Shown here piece after piece: positions 24,930 through 38,500 of a stretch of DNA of 64,000 bases. A model generated the notes under the pieces. That model saw only the letters and a list, made by a program, of their open reading frames with translations. It was not told where the DNA came from and did no database searches. This DNA is from Carcharhinus longimanus (Eukaryota). Where the stretch lies: NCBI GenBank assembly GCA_030264375.1, contig JASCQW010000032.1, positions 43,873,709 through 43,937,708 on the forward strand, read 5' to 3'. The first letter of the stretch is position 1. The number at the start of each line of letters is the position of its first letter. Both the position numbers and the translations under genes were made by a program.

Positions 24930-25345
24930 CTGGTGCAGCGACAATAATCTCTCACTCGATGCCAACAACCACAAAAGGGGATTGTCATCAAATTCAGGAA
25001 GCATACAGGAGAACAAGCTTCTGTCTCCATCAACGGGGATGAAGACCCCACGCACCCTGGACATTCTCTCTTCCACTTTCTTCCATCAGGAAAAAGATAC
25101 AAAATTCTGAGATCACGTACNNNNNNNNNNNNNNNNNNNNNNNNNNNNNNNNNNNNNNNNNNNNNNNNNNNNNNNNNNNNNNNNNNNNNNNNNNNNNNNN
25201 NNNNNNNNNNNNNNNNNNNNNNNNNNNNNNNNNNNNNNNNNNNNNNNNNNNNNNNNNNNNNNNNNNNNNNNNNNNNNNNNNNNNNNNNNNAACAATGCTT
25301 TTCACTATATGTTAATACATGTGACAATAATAAATCAAATCAAAT
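24930..25345 (+). mobile_element. Rex1/Babar-like LINE 3' fragment (gap inside)
   Basis: caccctggacattctctcttcc...ccatcaggaaaaagataca and tail atgtgacaataataaatcaaatcaaat. Confidence 0.6.
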
Positions 25346-25592
25346 TTACTGTGAAAATCCCCTAGTCACCAAACTCCAGTGCCTGTTCAGGTACACAGAA
25401 AGAGAGTTTACTATGGCCAATCCACCTAACGTGCACATCTTTGAACTGTGGAGGAAACCACAGCACCTGAGGGAAACCCACACAAACAGGAGGAGAATGT
25501 GCAAACTCCATCTGGACAGTGACCCAAGCTGGGAATCAAACCCAGGTCCCTGATGCTGTGAGGTAACAGTGCTAACCACTGCACCACCCAAA
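25346..25592 (-). mobile_element. V-SINE with alternative tail
   Basis: Reverse complement of the HE1-type head and V-domain followed by ggtgactaggggattttcacagtaa. Confidence 0.8.
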
Positions 25593-26439
25593 CTGTTGTT
25601 GGTAGATGAAATAGCAAAGAAATTTAAGATCAGGGATTGGATGCCACTGATCCAGTGAACAATTGAAGACTTAAATCAGGGACTTCTGTTGTTGTGACAT
25701 GGTTAGATACCAATAGTTCACTATCTCATGATATGATGGAAACCACTATACATTCATGATATCAAATGAGGAGACCTTCACAAGGTTAGAGGAGAACCTT
25801 GCACAGAGAATATCTGTTCTTAAGAACGTGGCCTTTTTCTTTACAGTCTTCTCTCAAAGGTGTTGATTTATCCACTGGTACCTAAGCCAAATGGCCATCA
25901 TTCAAATCTGAGCTTCAGAGTGAGCGCTGGCCAACTATTGCTCGTTGAACGCGTCTGTTCCATTCACAAGGTAGACGAATGCACACTTACAGAGGGTAAC
26001 TATATCCAAGAATACCTAGGTTTACTCCTGCTCCCTAATCCCAGTGCACTGAGGTCAATTGTTGAAGTACTAATGGCATCTTGTTGAGATCTATAATTCA
26101 GCAAAGTTTGGGAACAGAAGGCTGCAGTTTTAAGTCAGAAAACATGAATAGGGAAGAAAGAAAGAAAGCAAGCAAGAAAGTAAAATAAATGGAAGGATAG
26201 TATTCTTTACTTTCATTTTTTTAAGAATATTTCCACACGCACAGTTTTTCCCTATGGGGAATAGTAGCAAAATAGTGTAAGGATTCCTGAGCTGATTATC
26301 AGCCCATTGAACCACGTTATGAACACTCCTTTCATGGCTAACAAATCCTGGTTTTGGACTTGAACCCAGAGCTTCTAGTCCAGAGGTAGAGATGCTACCA
26401 CTGTGCCACAGGACCTCTTACACCTTCCATGAACCCAAA

Positions 26440-26835
26440 ATATACAAAAATACTTTAAATCCAATGAAGTACTTTTGCAGTGCAATCAGAGTTATATTGT
26501 GGAAAATACAAGTGCCAATTGGGACAGTTGGCTCCCACAAATAGCAATGAAGTAAATGATCTGATCAGTTATTTCAGTTCTTGGCTAAGGGATAAATAAT
26601 GGCTAGCATGCCAGAACAATACCAGAGCTATTCTTTTAATGGTACCAAGGCTCTTTTATGTCCACCTGAGAACTCTAAAGGGGCCTCAGTTTAACGCAGC
26701 GCCTGACAGTGCAGCACACTCTTAACATTGCACATGGAGTTTCAGCCAAAATGATGCACTCAAGACTCTGGAATGATACTTGAACGCACAACCTTCTCAA
26801 ACAGAGCTGATGCTACTAATGAGCACAATGTGAGC
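26440..26835 (-). mobile_element. Deu-domain SINE (SacSINE1/AmnSINE1 superfamily)
   Basis: cttttatgtccacctgagaactctaaaggggcctcagtttaac...gacagtgcagcac matches the recalled Deu-domain consensus; tRNA-like head reversed at ~26770-26830. Confidence 0.7.
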
Positions 26836-27635
26836 CATTTTTCTTTTATAATATATAAGATAACATGTCAATTCAGGTTAATAATTTAGGTTTTTGCTAC
26901 AGTTTTCACTATTTTGACAAAGAACGCTTTCACTTGTCAAAAACATTTAAGGAAATAGGCATGTTTTTTGTGGCAACGTTAACACGAGTGGTTTGCAATT
27001 ATTAGATATGTTACTACTTTAAAATTTACCTCAAAGACAGGGAACTGTTTTAAATTCTATGTACTGATGACTTATGACTTGCATGATAAATCTCACTGTA
27101 GGAAAGTAGCCCTCAGTAATAAAACAAAGTAACTGAAAAAATTTCACCCAATAAATGTCAAGCAACATCACAGGAACAAAAACTTTTCAGTCCGATTTGA
27201 CACACATGCATTGCCCCAAATCTGTCTAACCCCAGCTTCAAATGAATGTAATACATTGCAAAAGTTGATTTATCAGTTTCCTAACCTCAAGCATAATGAT
27301 ACATAAAATTATAAATTGATGCTTATTAATGCTGCATTTTAGGGTTGTTTTGCTTTACAGACAGATATTAGTTAAACTTGGATTGAGGTGGTGCATTCAG
27401 ATCAGAAATACTACTAGTCATCAGATACAGCAGGCTTCAAAATGCCTGTTCAGGCTGCATTTCTTGATGTTAGAGAAACTTCACCCATCAAAGTTAGTTT
27501 ATTTGTACTCCTCACACCCTTATCTGAAATGTAGAATAGCTCACAGCAGTTAGTTTATTTCCTTTGTTGTGCTAGCTAGTCATAGCTAGCAATTAATGCT
27601 TGCCTCTACCTGCCATTGAGAAAGGTGTTGGTAAG

Positions 27636-28175
27636 ATCATAAGAAATAGAGAAAGGAGTAGGCAATTCGGCACAAAGAGCCGGCTTGTCTTTCAATAAGA
27701 TCATAGCTGATCTAATTGTGGCCTTAACTCCATTTCCCACCTATCCCCATTCCACTCGACTCCCTCATAAATCAAAAATCTAACTGTTAAGAGGCTTCAA
27801 GGTGACTTAGACAAGTTGAGTGAGTGAGCAAATACATGGCAGAGGCAGTATAATGTGGATAATTATGAAGTTATTCACTTCAATTGGAGAAACAGAATGG
27901 TGATAGATTGAGACTGTTAACATACAAAGGGACTTGGCAGTCTGAAAGTAAGCATGCAGATACAGCAAGCAGATAGGAAGGCAAATGGTATGCCGGCCTT
28001 TGCTGCAAGAGGATACGAGTGCAGGAGCAAGGACGTCTTACTACAATTGTACAAAGCCTTGGTGAGACCACCTACAACATTGTGTGAAGTTTTGGTCTTC
28101 TTATCTAAGGAAGCTTACATTTGCCATAGAGGGAGTGAAGCAAAGATTCGTCAGGCTGATTCCTGGGATGCCCTG
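27636..28175. mobile_element. CR1/HER1 LINE fragments in both orientations
   Basis: ORF remnant RKANGMPAFAARGYECRSKDVLLQLYKALVRP; reversed 3' tail at 27636-27780. Confidence 0.8.
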
Positions 28176-28861
28176 GGTCTATTTGTGGAACATTTGCTAA
28201 ACTCCTCAAACTCTTCTTTTAAATCTTTCTCCAAACCCATTTTTGGCAAAGATTTTAATTGCTTCACTGAATCACTGGCCCAAGGCTCAATATCCATCTT
28301 TCTTCCTCTCCATCATAAAATATTTTTTGACATTTTCTACATTAAAGATGATATATAAATGCAAGTTTCTACTATTATCAAACTCAAGCTGCCTTTCTGA
28401 GTCTTGAAATCTCTCAGCAAAAAAACCCATTCCTAGATCAGAACCAGTTAAGATTTTGACGGTTTCAACAGATGCAATGGACTGCATGGTCTACTGTTGC
28501 TCCTTTCTCTTTTGTTCTTGAATCTCAATCAAAAGTATTCTGATATACAATGGCCCAGAATCTGGTAAACGGCAGAGCAAGTGTGTTTGTACTGTGATTT
28601 AAATTGCCAATTTGTGCTGGAGCCTTTGCAACTTCCAGTTCTGACTGCAGTTTAAATCCACCAAAGAACTGAGTCAGGAGGCCAAATGGTGAGTGTAATC
28701 CCAGCGAAACCAGGCTCTGCTTTTTTATATTGAACTGAGAACACACCCCTTAAGGTCTGTCTTCAGTTCATTGACTTGCACTCCTTTTAAACGGATCTGC
28801 CAATCTCTCAAACTGCACAGCCTCGATTCCCTACCACGTTCACCCTCGTTGCATTCCTGAG

Positions 28862-29215
28862 AACATGCATTCTCCCCCCTCAGTCCGACTTTGTACACTC
28901 TCTCACTCCCGACAATGTTCACTCTCCCTCACTCCCAATAATGTTCATCCCCTCATCCCAGACAATATTCACCACTTTCACCCTGCATGTTAACCCTGAC
29001 ATTGTTCACTCCTCCTCATAATCTCCTGACAATGTGCATTCCTTCCCTCAATCCCTGACAACGATCACCCCCTCACCTCCGATATTATTCGCCTTCTCCC
29101 TCACCTCCTATCCCCTGACAATGTTCACCCCACCATCGCACGATAATGCTCACCCCATCCTTCAGTCTCAGCCCTGACAATGTGCACCCTTTCCCTCACC
29201 CCCGACAATGCTGAG
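28862..29215. repeat. Degenerate minisatellite (core cctgacaatgttcacccc)
   Basis: About a dozen variants of ctcacccc(c/t)gacaatg(t/c)tcac at 20-35 bp spacing. Confidence 0.85.
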
Positions 29216-30749
29216 GTTGGTAAGCTGAGTATTGTCAGAATTGTCAGGATGGGATGGTGAGCAATTCAGGTTCTCTCATGACTCAAGACATCTTAGTTTA
29301 GGAATTAGCTTCATAACCTTTGCCTGAACTCCCTACAATAGTTCTTCAAATTTCTTCTAATATGGAGACTGAAATTGAAAACAGTGCTCCAGATGTGGTC
29401 ACAACAAATCTGGAAACAACTTCAATATTATTTACTTGGGCTTATAGGTCAAACTCTTGCTATATATCTCAACAATTCATTTGCCTTTATTCAATACGTT
29501 AAGAACACGGAACCAACAATTTCGACAACTTATCCATCAAAATGCCCACATTTCCTCAACCTTAAATGTCAACTGATCGACCTCTGTTTCTCCACAGATG
29601 CTATCTAATCTACCAGTTTTCCCAGCATTTTCTGCGTTTCTGCTCTGTTAAAGTTCATGGAAAGTTTTCTTTTACTTGTCTCCCTGACTATTGTGCTTTC
29701 ATTAGCTTTTCCATCATGATTTGAGGTTAACCCCAATCAGTGATTGCAAATGTAGAACACAAAAGAAAAAGGGAGTTCATAACACGTTCAAATAAACAAA
29801 AGTTTGTTACTGAGCCAATTTATACTTGTGATCATTTTTTTCTTTAGCTCTAAACACACTCATCCCTCCTATGGAGACTGGAATTAAGATCTGATTGACC
29901 AGCCCAAAGACCTTACCATCAATACTGAAAAGCTAGGTTATTCTATACTTCAAGGCTGCTTGACAAAAACACTATTAAACTACTCATCTCCTGCAGACAA
30001 GGATGAATGCTCTCTGTAAACATATCTTTCTCTTCCAGTGGCTTGCACTCTTGTAAAGATTAACTCAGCATGCAGCGCCCAATACAGTTCTACGTTGCAC
30101 CTATGAGAAAAAAGAAAATCACTCTAAACCTCATAGATTGTCTCATAGTTAAAACCTATCTCCAATGCCAAACGTTCAGCATTTTTCTAAAAATGGCACT
30201 ACTCTGCTGTACTGGGAGCTCAGAGATTTGTGAACTATATTTTCCTAACAATCTCTCAAACTTCACTTAGTAATGTCTCAGATTTTACCGGAGTAGTACA
30301 TTTAGTGCCCAGTTAGTTCGCCTTTGTCCTGCAGCACAAGAATTTTTGCTTTACAAGTTGGTGGAAATGCAAACTGTTAGCAGTGGAGAGAGGGCAACGA
30401 GGTATTCTAGGACTTTGATGAATGCTGGGATCAACAGTCTATTTTATTAACCAACGGAATTTGAGGATTGAGAAAGAAACAGGTGAATGGAGAATAAAGC
30501 AATAGGATGAATCAAAGTCAAATTGGATACAGAGAGAGGATGAACCATGCGTGTCATACAATGCTCCATTCACCAACTCTCTCCCTTCACTCACGTGCCA
30601 ACATTTTCATCCCCAGTCACAATTCCTACCAAGCATTCATAGTCTCATCTCACACCTTCTCACATTTAGCACTGCTACAAACTTCACATTTACATCCCTC
30701 AGCTTGCACACATTGCCAGTTATTCAACTACGACAAATACATCACCATG

Positions 30750-33232
30750 TGGAAGATATGATGTGGCTGTAAAAGAGATCTCAAAGATTGGCAGATGTGG
30801 ATATTAAATACCCCTGGATGTTCAGAAAAATAGGAACTGAAGAAAAGAGGGAGAGTGGTATTGATGAAGGAGAACAATGCAGTGGGAGAGAGAGGATAGC
30901 CCAGGGGAGTCAAGAACAGGATCTATCTAGTTAGAGTTAAGGGGCAAAAAAATGTGTAATTAGATGGCTCGGTATTGTCTATAGGCCGCCAACTACTGGG
31001 AAAGATATGGATGAACAAATCTGCATTATTGAGGGGTGTAGGAATTATATAAGGGAACTTCAATTATCTGAATATAGACTGGGATAGTAGTAGTGTAAAG
31101 GGCAGAGAGGGGCAAGGGCTTCTAGAACATGTCAGGAAAATTTTCTACAGCACTGTTTCCAGTTTAATGAGAAAGGAAACACTGCTAGATCAATTGCAAG
31201 TAGGAGAACATTTGACAGGAAAAACACTAACTGAACAATAGGCTATCACTGGACAATTGTGAAGGGGAAAGATAGGGCAAACAAATACAGAGCTCTGTGA
31301 ATGGCAAAAGAAAAAGAGATCAAGATGAAAAAGAAAGTGTGTTTATCTCAGATATCAGATGAATAATATAATGGATAACGAGGCTGTTTATAGAAAACTC
31401 AGAGAGGAAAAGAAAAAGCAAATAAGAGAAGCTAAGAGAGTATGAAAGGAGACCGGCAGTTAACATAAAAGGGAACTCCAGTTTTCCACTAACACAAGTA
31501 GTAAAAAAGTGTTAAGGGGATGAGTGAGGCTAACTAGGGATTGAAAAGGGAATTTACGAATAGAGGCAGGAGGCATAGCTGAGATATTGAATGAATACTT
31601 TGCATCTATCTTTACCAGGAAGAAGATGCTGCTCAGGTCATGTTGAGAAGGGAGATAATTACGATACTTGAAGGGTTTAAAATTATTAAAGAGGAAGTAT
31701 AAATGGACTCTTTGGACTCAAAGTTGATGAAGGACAAGAACCAGATGAGATGCATCCAAGGATATGGAGGGTAACGAGTGTGGAAACTGCAGGGTCACTG
31801 GCCATAACTTTCCAATCTTCCTTAGAATCGTGGATGCTGCCAGACGACAAGAGGATTACATCCCTGTTCAAACAAGGTACATCAAGGTCTAGGTATTAGG
31901 AACAGCAAGGGTCCCACCATTGGCATCTGGGGATCTCCACCAGAAACCTCCCTCCAGCTGAAAAACACATTTAACCACTATTCTTTACTTCCTGTTCAGC
32001 CAATTTTGTGTCCATGTTGCTACTGTCCCTTTTATTCCATGAACCATAACTTGCCCAAAAGTCTGTTGTGAGGTAGTGTATCAAATGCCTTCTGAAAGTC
32101 AATGTAGACCACATTAGCAGTATTACCCTCCTCAACCCTCTGTTATCTCTTCAAAGAATTACAGAAAGTTAGTTAAACATGATTAGATTGTAATAAATCC
32201 ATGTTAGCTCTCCTTAACTAACCCACATTTATCCTAGCGGCTATTAATTTTGTCCTGAATTATTGCGCCCAGAAACTTCCCACCACCAAAGTTAAATGGA
32301 CTGATCCATAATTGCAAGCTTTATTTTTACGAAGGGTGTGCAGGGCACAATTCCAAATTCTGCAGACCGTACAAATATGGAAGCATTGTGTACAATGAGA
32401 AGCATAGGCAGATAAGTGACAAATGAAATATATTGCAGACAAATGAGAAGTAATTCATTTTTGTAAGAAGCATGCAGCAAGAAAATATAAAATAAAGGGC
32501 ACGATTCTAAAGGGGATGCAGAAGCCAACGCATCTGATGTATATGTGCATAAGTCATTGAAAGTTGCAGTGCAGGTTGAGAGTGCAGATAATAAAGCCTG
32601 CAATATCCTAACCTTATTAATAGAGGCATTGAGTACAAGAGCATGGAAATTATGTTAAACTTATATGAAACACAGGTTTGGCTTCAGCTAGAGTACTGCA
32701 TATAGTTCTGGTACCACACTATAGGAAAGATGTGAAAGCATTAGACAGGGTGCAGAAAAATTTATGAGAATGGTTCCAGGAATGAGGAACTTCAGTTATT
32801 TTGATGGATTGGAGAAGTTGGGACTGTCCCGTAGGGAAGAGAAGTTTGAGGGGAGATTTGATAGAAATATTCAAAATCCTGAAGGGATTTGACAGAATGG
32901 ATAGGTAGAAACTGTCACACTGGTGGAAGGGTTGAAAACAGGTGGGTACAGGTTTAAGATAACTGGTGAAAGAAACTAATGAAGACATGAAGAAAAATCT
33001 TTTTCATTCAGTGCATGTTTGAGAACTGGATTGCACTGCCTGACATTGCTGTGGAGGCAGATCATGGAGGCATTCAAGAGGGATTTAGATTGTTATCCAA
33101 AAGGAAGGACATGCAGGGTTATGGGGAGAAGGTAGGGATTGGCACTCAGGCACATTGTTTACTCAGGGTGTTAGCACTGACATGATGGGCTAAATGGCCT
33201 CCTTCTATGCTGCATCAATTCTGTGATTCTGT
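30750..33232 (+). mobile_element. Decayed CR1 LINE with internally inverted RT segment
   Basis: Endonuclease/linker remnants (NTPGC, YRPP, FNYLNIDW), an inverted RT core, and a 3' region ending gggctaaatggcctccttctatgctg...ttctgtgattctgt. Confidence 0.85.
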
Positions 33233-34759
33233 AACATGAACCAAACATATTGTACCATATTTATTGATACAATACTTTCCTCTCTCTGCAGGACAAGATA
33301 CTACATAAGAGATGGCAGCAACTAACTGGTAGGAGAGCTGCAACGCTGCCTGCCCTCACCTCCATGATGTTGGCAGTGATTGGAGTGCCCACAATGGAAG
33401 CCATGGCCAGTGATGGGACTGAAACCAAAGAAGATGGTGGTATGTTCCGCCTTGATCCAACTCTCACATTCCATTTCACTTACACTGTCTTTTAAGAAGC
33501 CAGAGGTGGTGTAAGCATACATCTTTTGCTTTTCCCAATGTCCTTCAATGTAATCCCCTCTTGTGCCTTTCTCCATCTGGATACCCAAAAACTGCCACTG
33601 AGGCAAGCACATGGTGCAGGGCATAGGTTTCAAGAGGAGCAGGACACCAGAAGTGCAGAAACACTGCCACACAATCTCATACTCATGACTATCAGTATAG
33701 ATGTTGGCACTGAGCAAACTATAAAGGATATGATACAGTGGGATCTCATGTAGGCATCAGGTGCCTGCATGCTGGCTGGAGACTCACATTGCGTCCTCTG
33801 GAAAGTTTTGCTGGTATAAGATGCCCCTTAAGTGGTCTCTTAAGTGACACTTAAGTGGTCTCTGGCAGACTTTCCCTGACCCCAGAGATGGATTCCCTGC
33901 CCACTTAGAGCTGTCANNNNNNNNNNNNNNNNNNNNNNNNNNNNNNNNNNNNNNNNNNNNNNNNNNNNNNNNNNNNNNNNNNNNNNNNNNNNNNNNNNNN
34001 NNNNNNNNNNNNNNNNAACCTCGAAAGCTTGTGAGTTTTCTATCAAATAAATCGGTTGGACTTAAACCTGGTGTTGTCAGACTTCTTACTGTGTTTACTT
34101 CATACAAACACCAGCATCTCCACATCATGCTCTGGGAATGACAGCCACTGGAGGCCTAGGATTGAGGAGTGACCCAAGCCAGGACAAGGTTATGGCAAGG
34201 GGTGTTGCAGGGTGAGGTTTGGAGTGTGCGGGTTGAAAACAACGTCAGTGGTGGCTCTCAGCTGTCCCAATCTTTCCAGATGCTAGATCCCACAATGAGA
34301 CAATGAGTACCTTTGAACAAGGCAAGACACCAGCCTCCCCAACTCTCCCATGGGAAACCATAAGCAAGAGGCCTGTCTGCCACTGGGTTAATACCAATGT
34401 CTGTGGGATGAAGCCTTTACATTAACTGCCACTTAAAGGCCTCAACTGAAAGTGAGATTGGCCTTGCCGTCCCCGTCTTAACTTTGGCGGAGACAGAAGA
34501 GTGCTTATATACCACCCTCCCATCAGATTAAATTTCCTTACTACCTCTAAACATGCCAATAGGGGGCACAAAATTCCCCACGATGTGTTCCCTGACGCAA
34601 ATGGTCTGCAGCCAAGACTGGGGGAAACGTAGCACAGATGCCCGCTAATTGCAAAGTGAGATCACATATGAGTTCTACTGCAGGGAACTCATATGAAAAG
34701 ACTGATAAGTTGAGGGTGGCGGGGGTTATGTACAGAAAACGGCTGATTGACAAGAATAA

Positions 34760-35560
34760 TTAAATATTGATAAGCCTTTGATAAAGCTTGTTTTCTCTGT
34801 CAAGAAACAGAGAAGTTTGGCACTAACTTGGCACAGAGCTTTGTACAGAGTTTGCGGCCCATTCTTTCCAGCCAATTTTATGACAGCACAGGGAGACCCA
34901 ACCATGATGGTACACCTGGTGGCTGATGTCTCTTCTTCCATTGCCACACAAGCAGAAACCACTCAAATTCTGTGCTGCCACTGAAGCTCAGACTGAAGTC
35001 ATGAAATCTCAGTTTGCTGCCATGCAGGCTTAGACTGCTGTCACCGTGGCTGTAGATAACAATACTGAAAGAAGTTGCAGTGTGACAGCAATCTGTGCGC
35101 CAACAGATTACAAGGATTGAGGAGGTGCCACCCCAGGTGAGTGATAGCAGCACTGTACTAGCAAATTGGTTTAAACACTGAGGAACCAGCAGACTTTTGC
35201 AGAATAAATGCATTGACTGCTGCCAAAATAGAAGGCATTTACCTGCGTGATGTGCTAAACATGGTCTCACACCAACTGCACATTCAGGGAATGGGACCAT
35301 GTGTGGTTGCAGTATATCTCAACATTCAACTGCAGTGCACACAAAGCCACATGCATGCAATCGAAATCCCCAACATTCTGCCGAAGTTGTGTGAAGCTCG
35401 GTCTGCATTTCTCTGGTTAGTGGAAGGATATCAAACTCTCCTCTCCTGGCAAAAGACAGCATCAGTCACTTCCCATTACGTAGGTGTGGACAGAAAACTT
35501 GGGAGATGTTACAGGTGTTGCCTGCTGCTGCACTTTAGATAAAGAAATTCACGGCCAGTC
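34760..35560 (-). mobile_element. Harbinger (HARBI1-like) transposase remnant
   Basis: Reverse complement gives DCMHV (~35346-35363) then SLNVQLV (~35268-35289), the conserved PIF/Harbinger catalytic-region motifs. Confidence 0.6.
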
Positions 35561-38500
35561 ATGTTTGCAGCCACTGGCATTTATGTCCTTGCCCTGTTCT
35601 GAGGTTGCAGATCAGCCTGCACAGGGGAGCAGAAGTATGTGAGTATGTCCTTCATAGAATGGAGTTGATGCACACCTAAGGAGGAGTTTGTTCACTTTGA
35701 GTTTCCCTCACTTGAAGTAACATCATAAATGTTTGTCTGATCAGTAATGTCTCAGGTGTGCTGCCATAGTCTTCTATTCCTATTCTTGATTTTGCTGAAT
35801 CAAAATTCCATATTTCTGACGAGTATTTTATGGAAAATACCCACTCCCTCAGACTGCTGTGAGCCAGGAATTTCAAAGCTTAAAGCACTGTAATATGGAG
35901 CATTTGAAAGACACTGGTAAGAGTATAGATATCTCCCTTCAGGATAAATAGAACTGTGAGTACAGCCTTCTTATTTATTCCATTCCCCTGAATCAAGTTT
36001 TAAGATCAAGCTTGGACATCTTTAGAAGGTATGCAGCAGAAACGGTTAATAAAAAGTCACAGGATAAAGTGCACGCAGCTTATGTTACGATTGATTGATT
36101 GCCATGCCCTTGTTTTGTAAAATAAAAGATATTTGCTCAGAATTTTATGAAATTAACTGATTTTACAAACCAGCAATTCAGTTCAAATAAGTCAGTCTTA
36201 AAATTTTCATTGACAGCTACTGCAAATCAAAATTGCACTGCATCCTTTTGCACATGAAGTGTGAGCAGTTACATAAATTACCTCTTATTTTCCCTCTTAT
36301 CATTCCTCTTTTTGTCAGGAACACAGCTCTTAGTTGGATTGTTTTTCCCCTCGTCAGTGTTGTCAAAAGAAGCAAAATAATCTTCTGCTTATTGAATAAA
36401 ACATTAAGCTTGCCCCTTGTGTTGCAGGTGTTAAAACAAACAACCTATTGCTATTCTATAGACTCTGTGCATTTTCTTATACCAAGAGATTTATACTGGT
36501 TTTAATTATAAATATCTCTAAGCTATGCTTGTCTATTTTGATACTCAGCTTTGTAGCATATTTGTATGAAAATATGTAGGAAAATACAAGCTATTATTTT
36601 AATTGACGAAACATTCATCGGTTTTCTATGCTATATCATGGATTGCAATGTCACTTGTTCTTGGACATAATGGTAGTTAAATACTCTAAATCAGCCACAA
36701 CAGTGTTGGCTTGTGAGTTTGATGGAGCAATTGTTACTATCTAAATCCTTTTTCATTTGGTGGAATATTTACTGAAGAGCAGAATTTCTTACTCTTAGTC
36801 AGGTAATTATCTTTCTTTGATATATGGTCTTTGGAATTTCCTTTTCTGACCCTCAACCACTTGCATCATCATTTCACCTGATCTATTTGATGCATAGATT
36901 TACTCATCATGTTTTGAAAGTGAAAACTATCCCAAGGTATTGTGCAATTTTTCAATTCAGTGAAATAAATTAGTTACCAGTCCAAAGTTGTCCAACTAAT
37001 AGTACACTCGAAGAGGGCAGTATACCCTATCTTCAGTAAAATTCTGGTGCATTCTGCCTCTCTACAAGGATTTTTCTTGTACCTCTGCCATTGTCTTATT
37101 GCCTTTGAGGTTATAGCACACAAAATATTTAAAGTGATTCATAATTTAAATCTAGTCAGGTTGAAAATCATTTGCCTAATTTTGTTGCCAAAGTTTAACG
37201 GTGAGTTTAACATGCATACTATTATTGTGTAACTTGTGGCGAGATAAAGCTACTCATGAAATGTAAATTGCAAAAAGTTGCTGCATGATTTATCCCTGCA
37301 AAAATGGCAGCTTTTATGCATTAATTGCCAATTAAGATTACTGCAGAAAGGTAGGCCTAATACATTTTCAGTTATGAGATTTTGTTCCTACTTTTCCTTT
37401 TTTTGTTCACTTTTAATTCAATCTATCTTTCCTTCCCTTTATTTTTAAAGAAATGGCATTTGATGATGCATTCACTGACCTTGACCACCTGTGAGCACTC
37501 ATTAAACTTCTTCCTGCACTGAGTCCAGGTGGCTGGAGGCTTGTTTGTTCAGATACAAGATCTCTCTCCTCCAGTCAATCTGCACCAACTGCTACATTAG
37601 AAAACATTGGAGCACAGTAAATGCTCTGTCGCACTTCTCCTCATGTTCAGAGACTTCTGCCTATTCACTTCCAGCACCTGCTGCAGCCAAAATACACCTC
37701 CCATTTAAGAGATATAGGTTATCTTTAAGTAGTATCAGACCAGCTTTAGGTAGTTCTCTTGTCACATAAGCTTGGACTCCCTGCTGAGATCATTGTTGCT
37801 CAGCAGTAGTGCATTTAGTGCTAGGCTGCGTGTTACTGTCATTATAACAAGCAGGTAACACAAAGCTGTGGACTGTTTGTATTCTAATGAAATAGTGCTA
37901 ATTAATCATGCATACTGATCCCTGGGCTCATTATTGGTTTATCCAATTATTCCCCCATGATCTATTATGAATTCATATATTTCTAGGTAATCCTGATGAA
38001 AACAGGATTGTAAGAGAATTCTTCTGGGCCTCAGTTCACCTACAAGTGGTTTGATTTCAGTGATAGTATCTGATGAGCTCCAATTGTTTGCAGAAAACTC
38101 CACACAGCAGCTATCATCATGCAAGCTATTCTTCATGTCTTACTGTTTTGAATTGGTGACTGTGCACAGTTGATTGGAACATAAGGAAAGCAGAACTGAA
38201 TGACCATATCCCTCCTCTTTTCAAAGAAAATTGATCAGGCCCTAAGCAAATATGTAAGCAGTGTATTTGCAGGATGATAATGCAAAATGTTTGTTTGGGG
38301 GTTACAATAATAATTTAATAATAATGATAGCATACCTTAATGTAATTTCTGCTCAAGAATCTACGTGTAGCAAAGATTAATGTGGCCACCCATTTGAACT
38401 GCGTGAATATAAAACTGCACATGATAAATTAAGAGGCTGTAGTCAGTAACATGAGGATGATGAATATTAGGGTAATATTTAGGGATCTGGAATGTAATAT

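Noticed and set aside
28862-29215. CRISPR-like array
   Set aside because: Repeats are degenerate, spacers are not unique, the context is eukaryotic and there are no cas genes.
34017-34130. Hammerhead ribozyme at cgaaagcttgtg
   Set aside because: The 5' half would fall in the N gap, so it cannot be supported.
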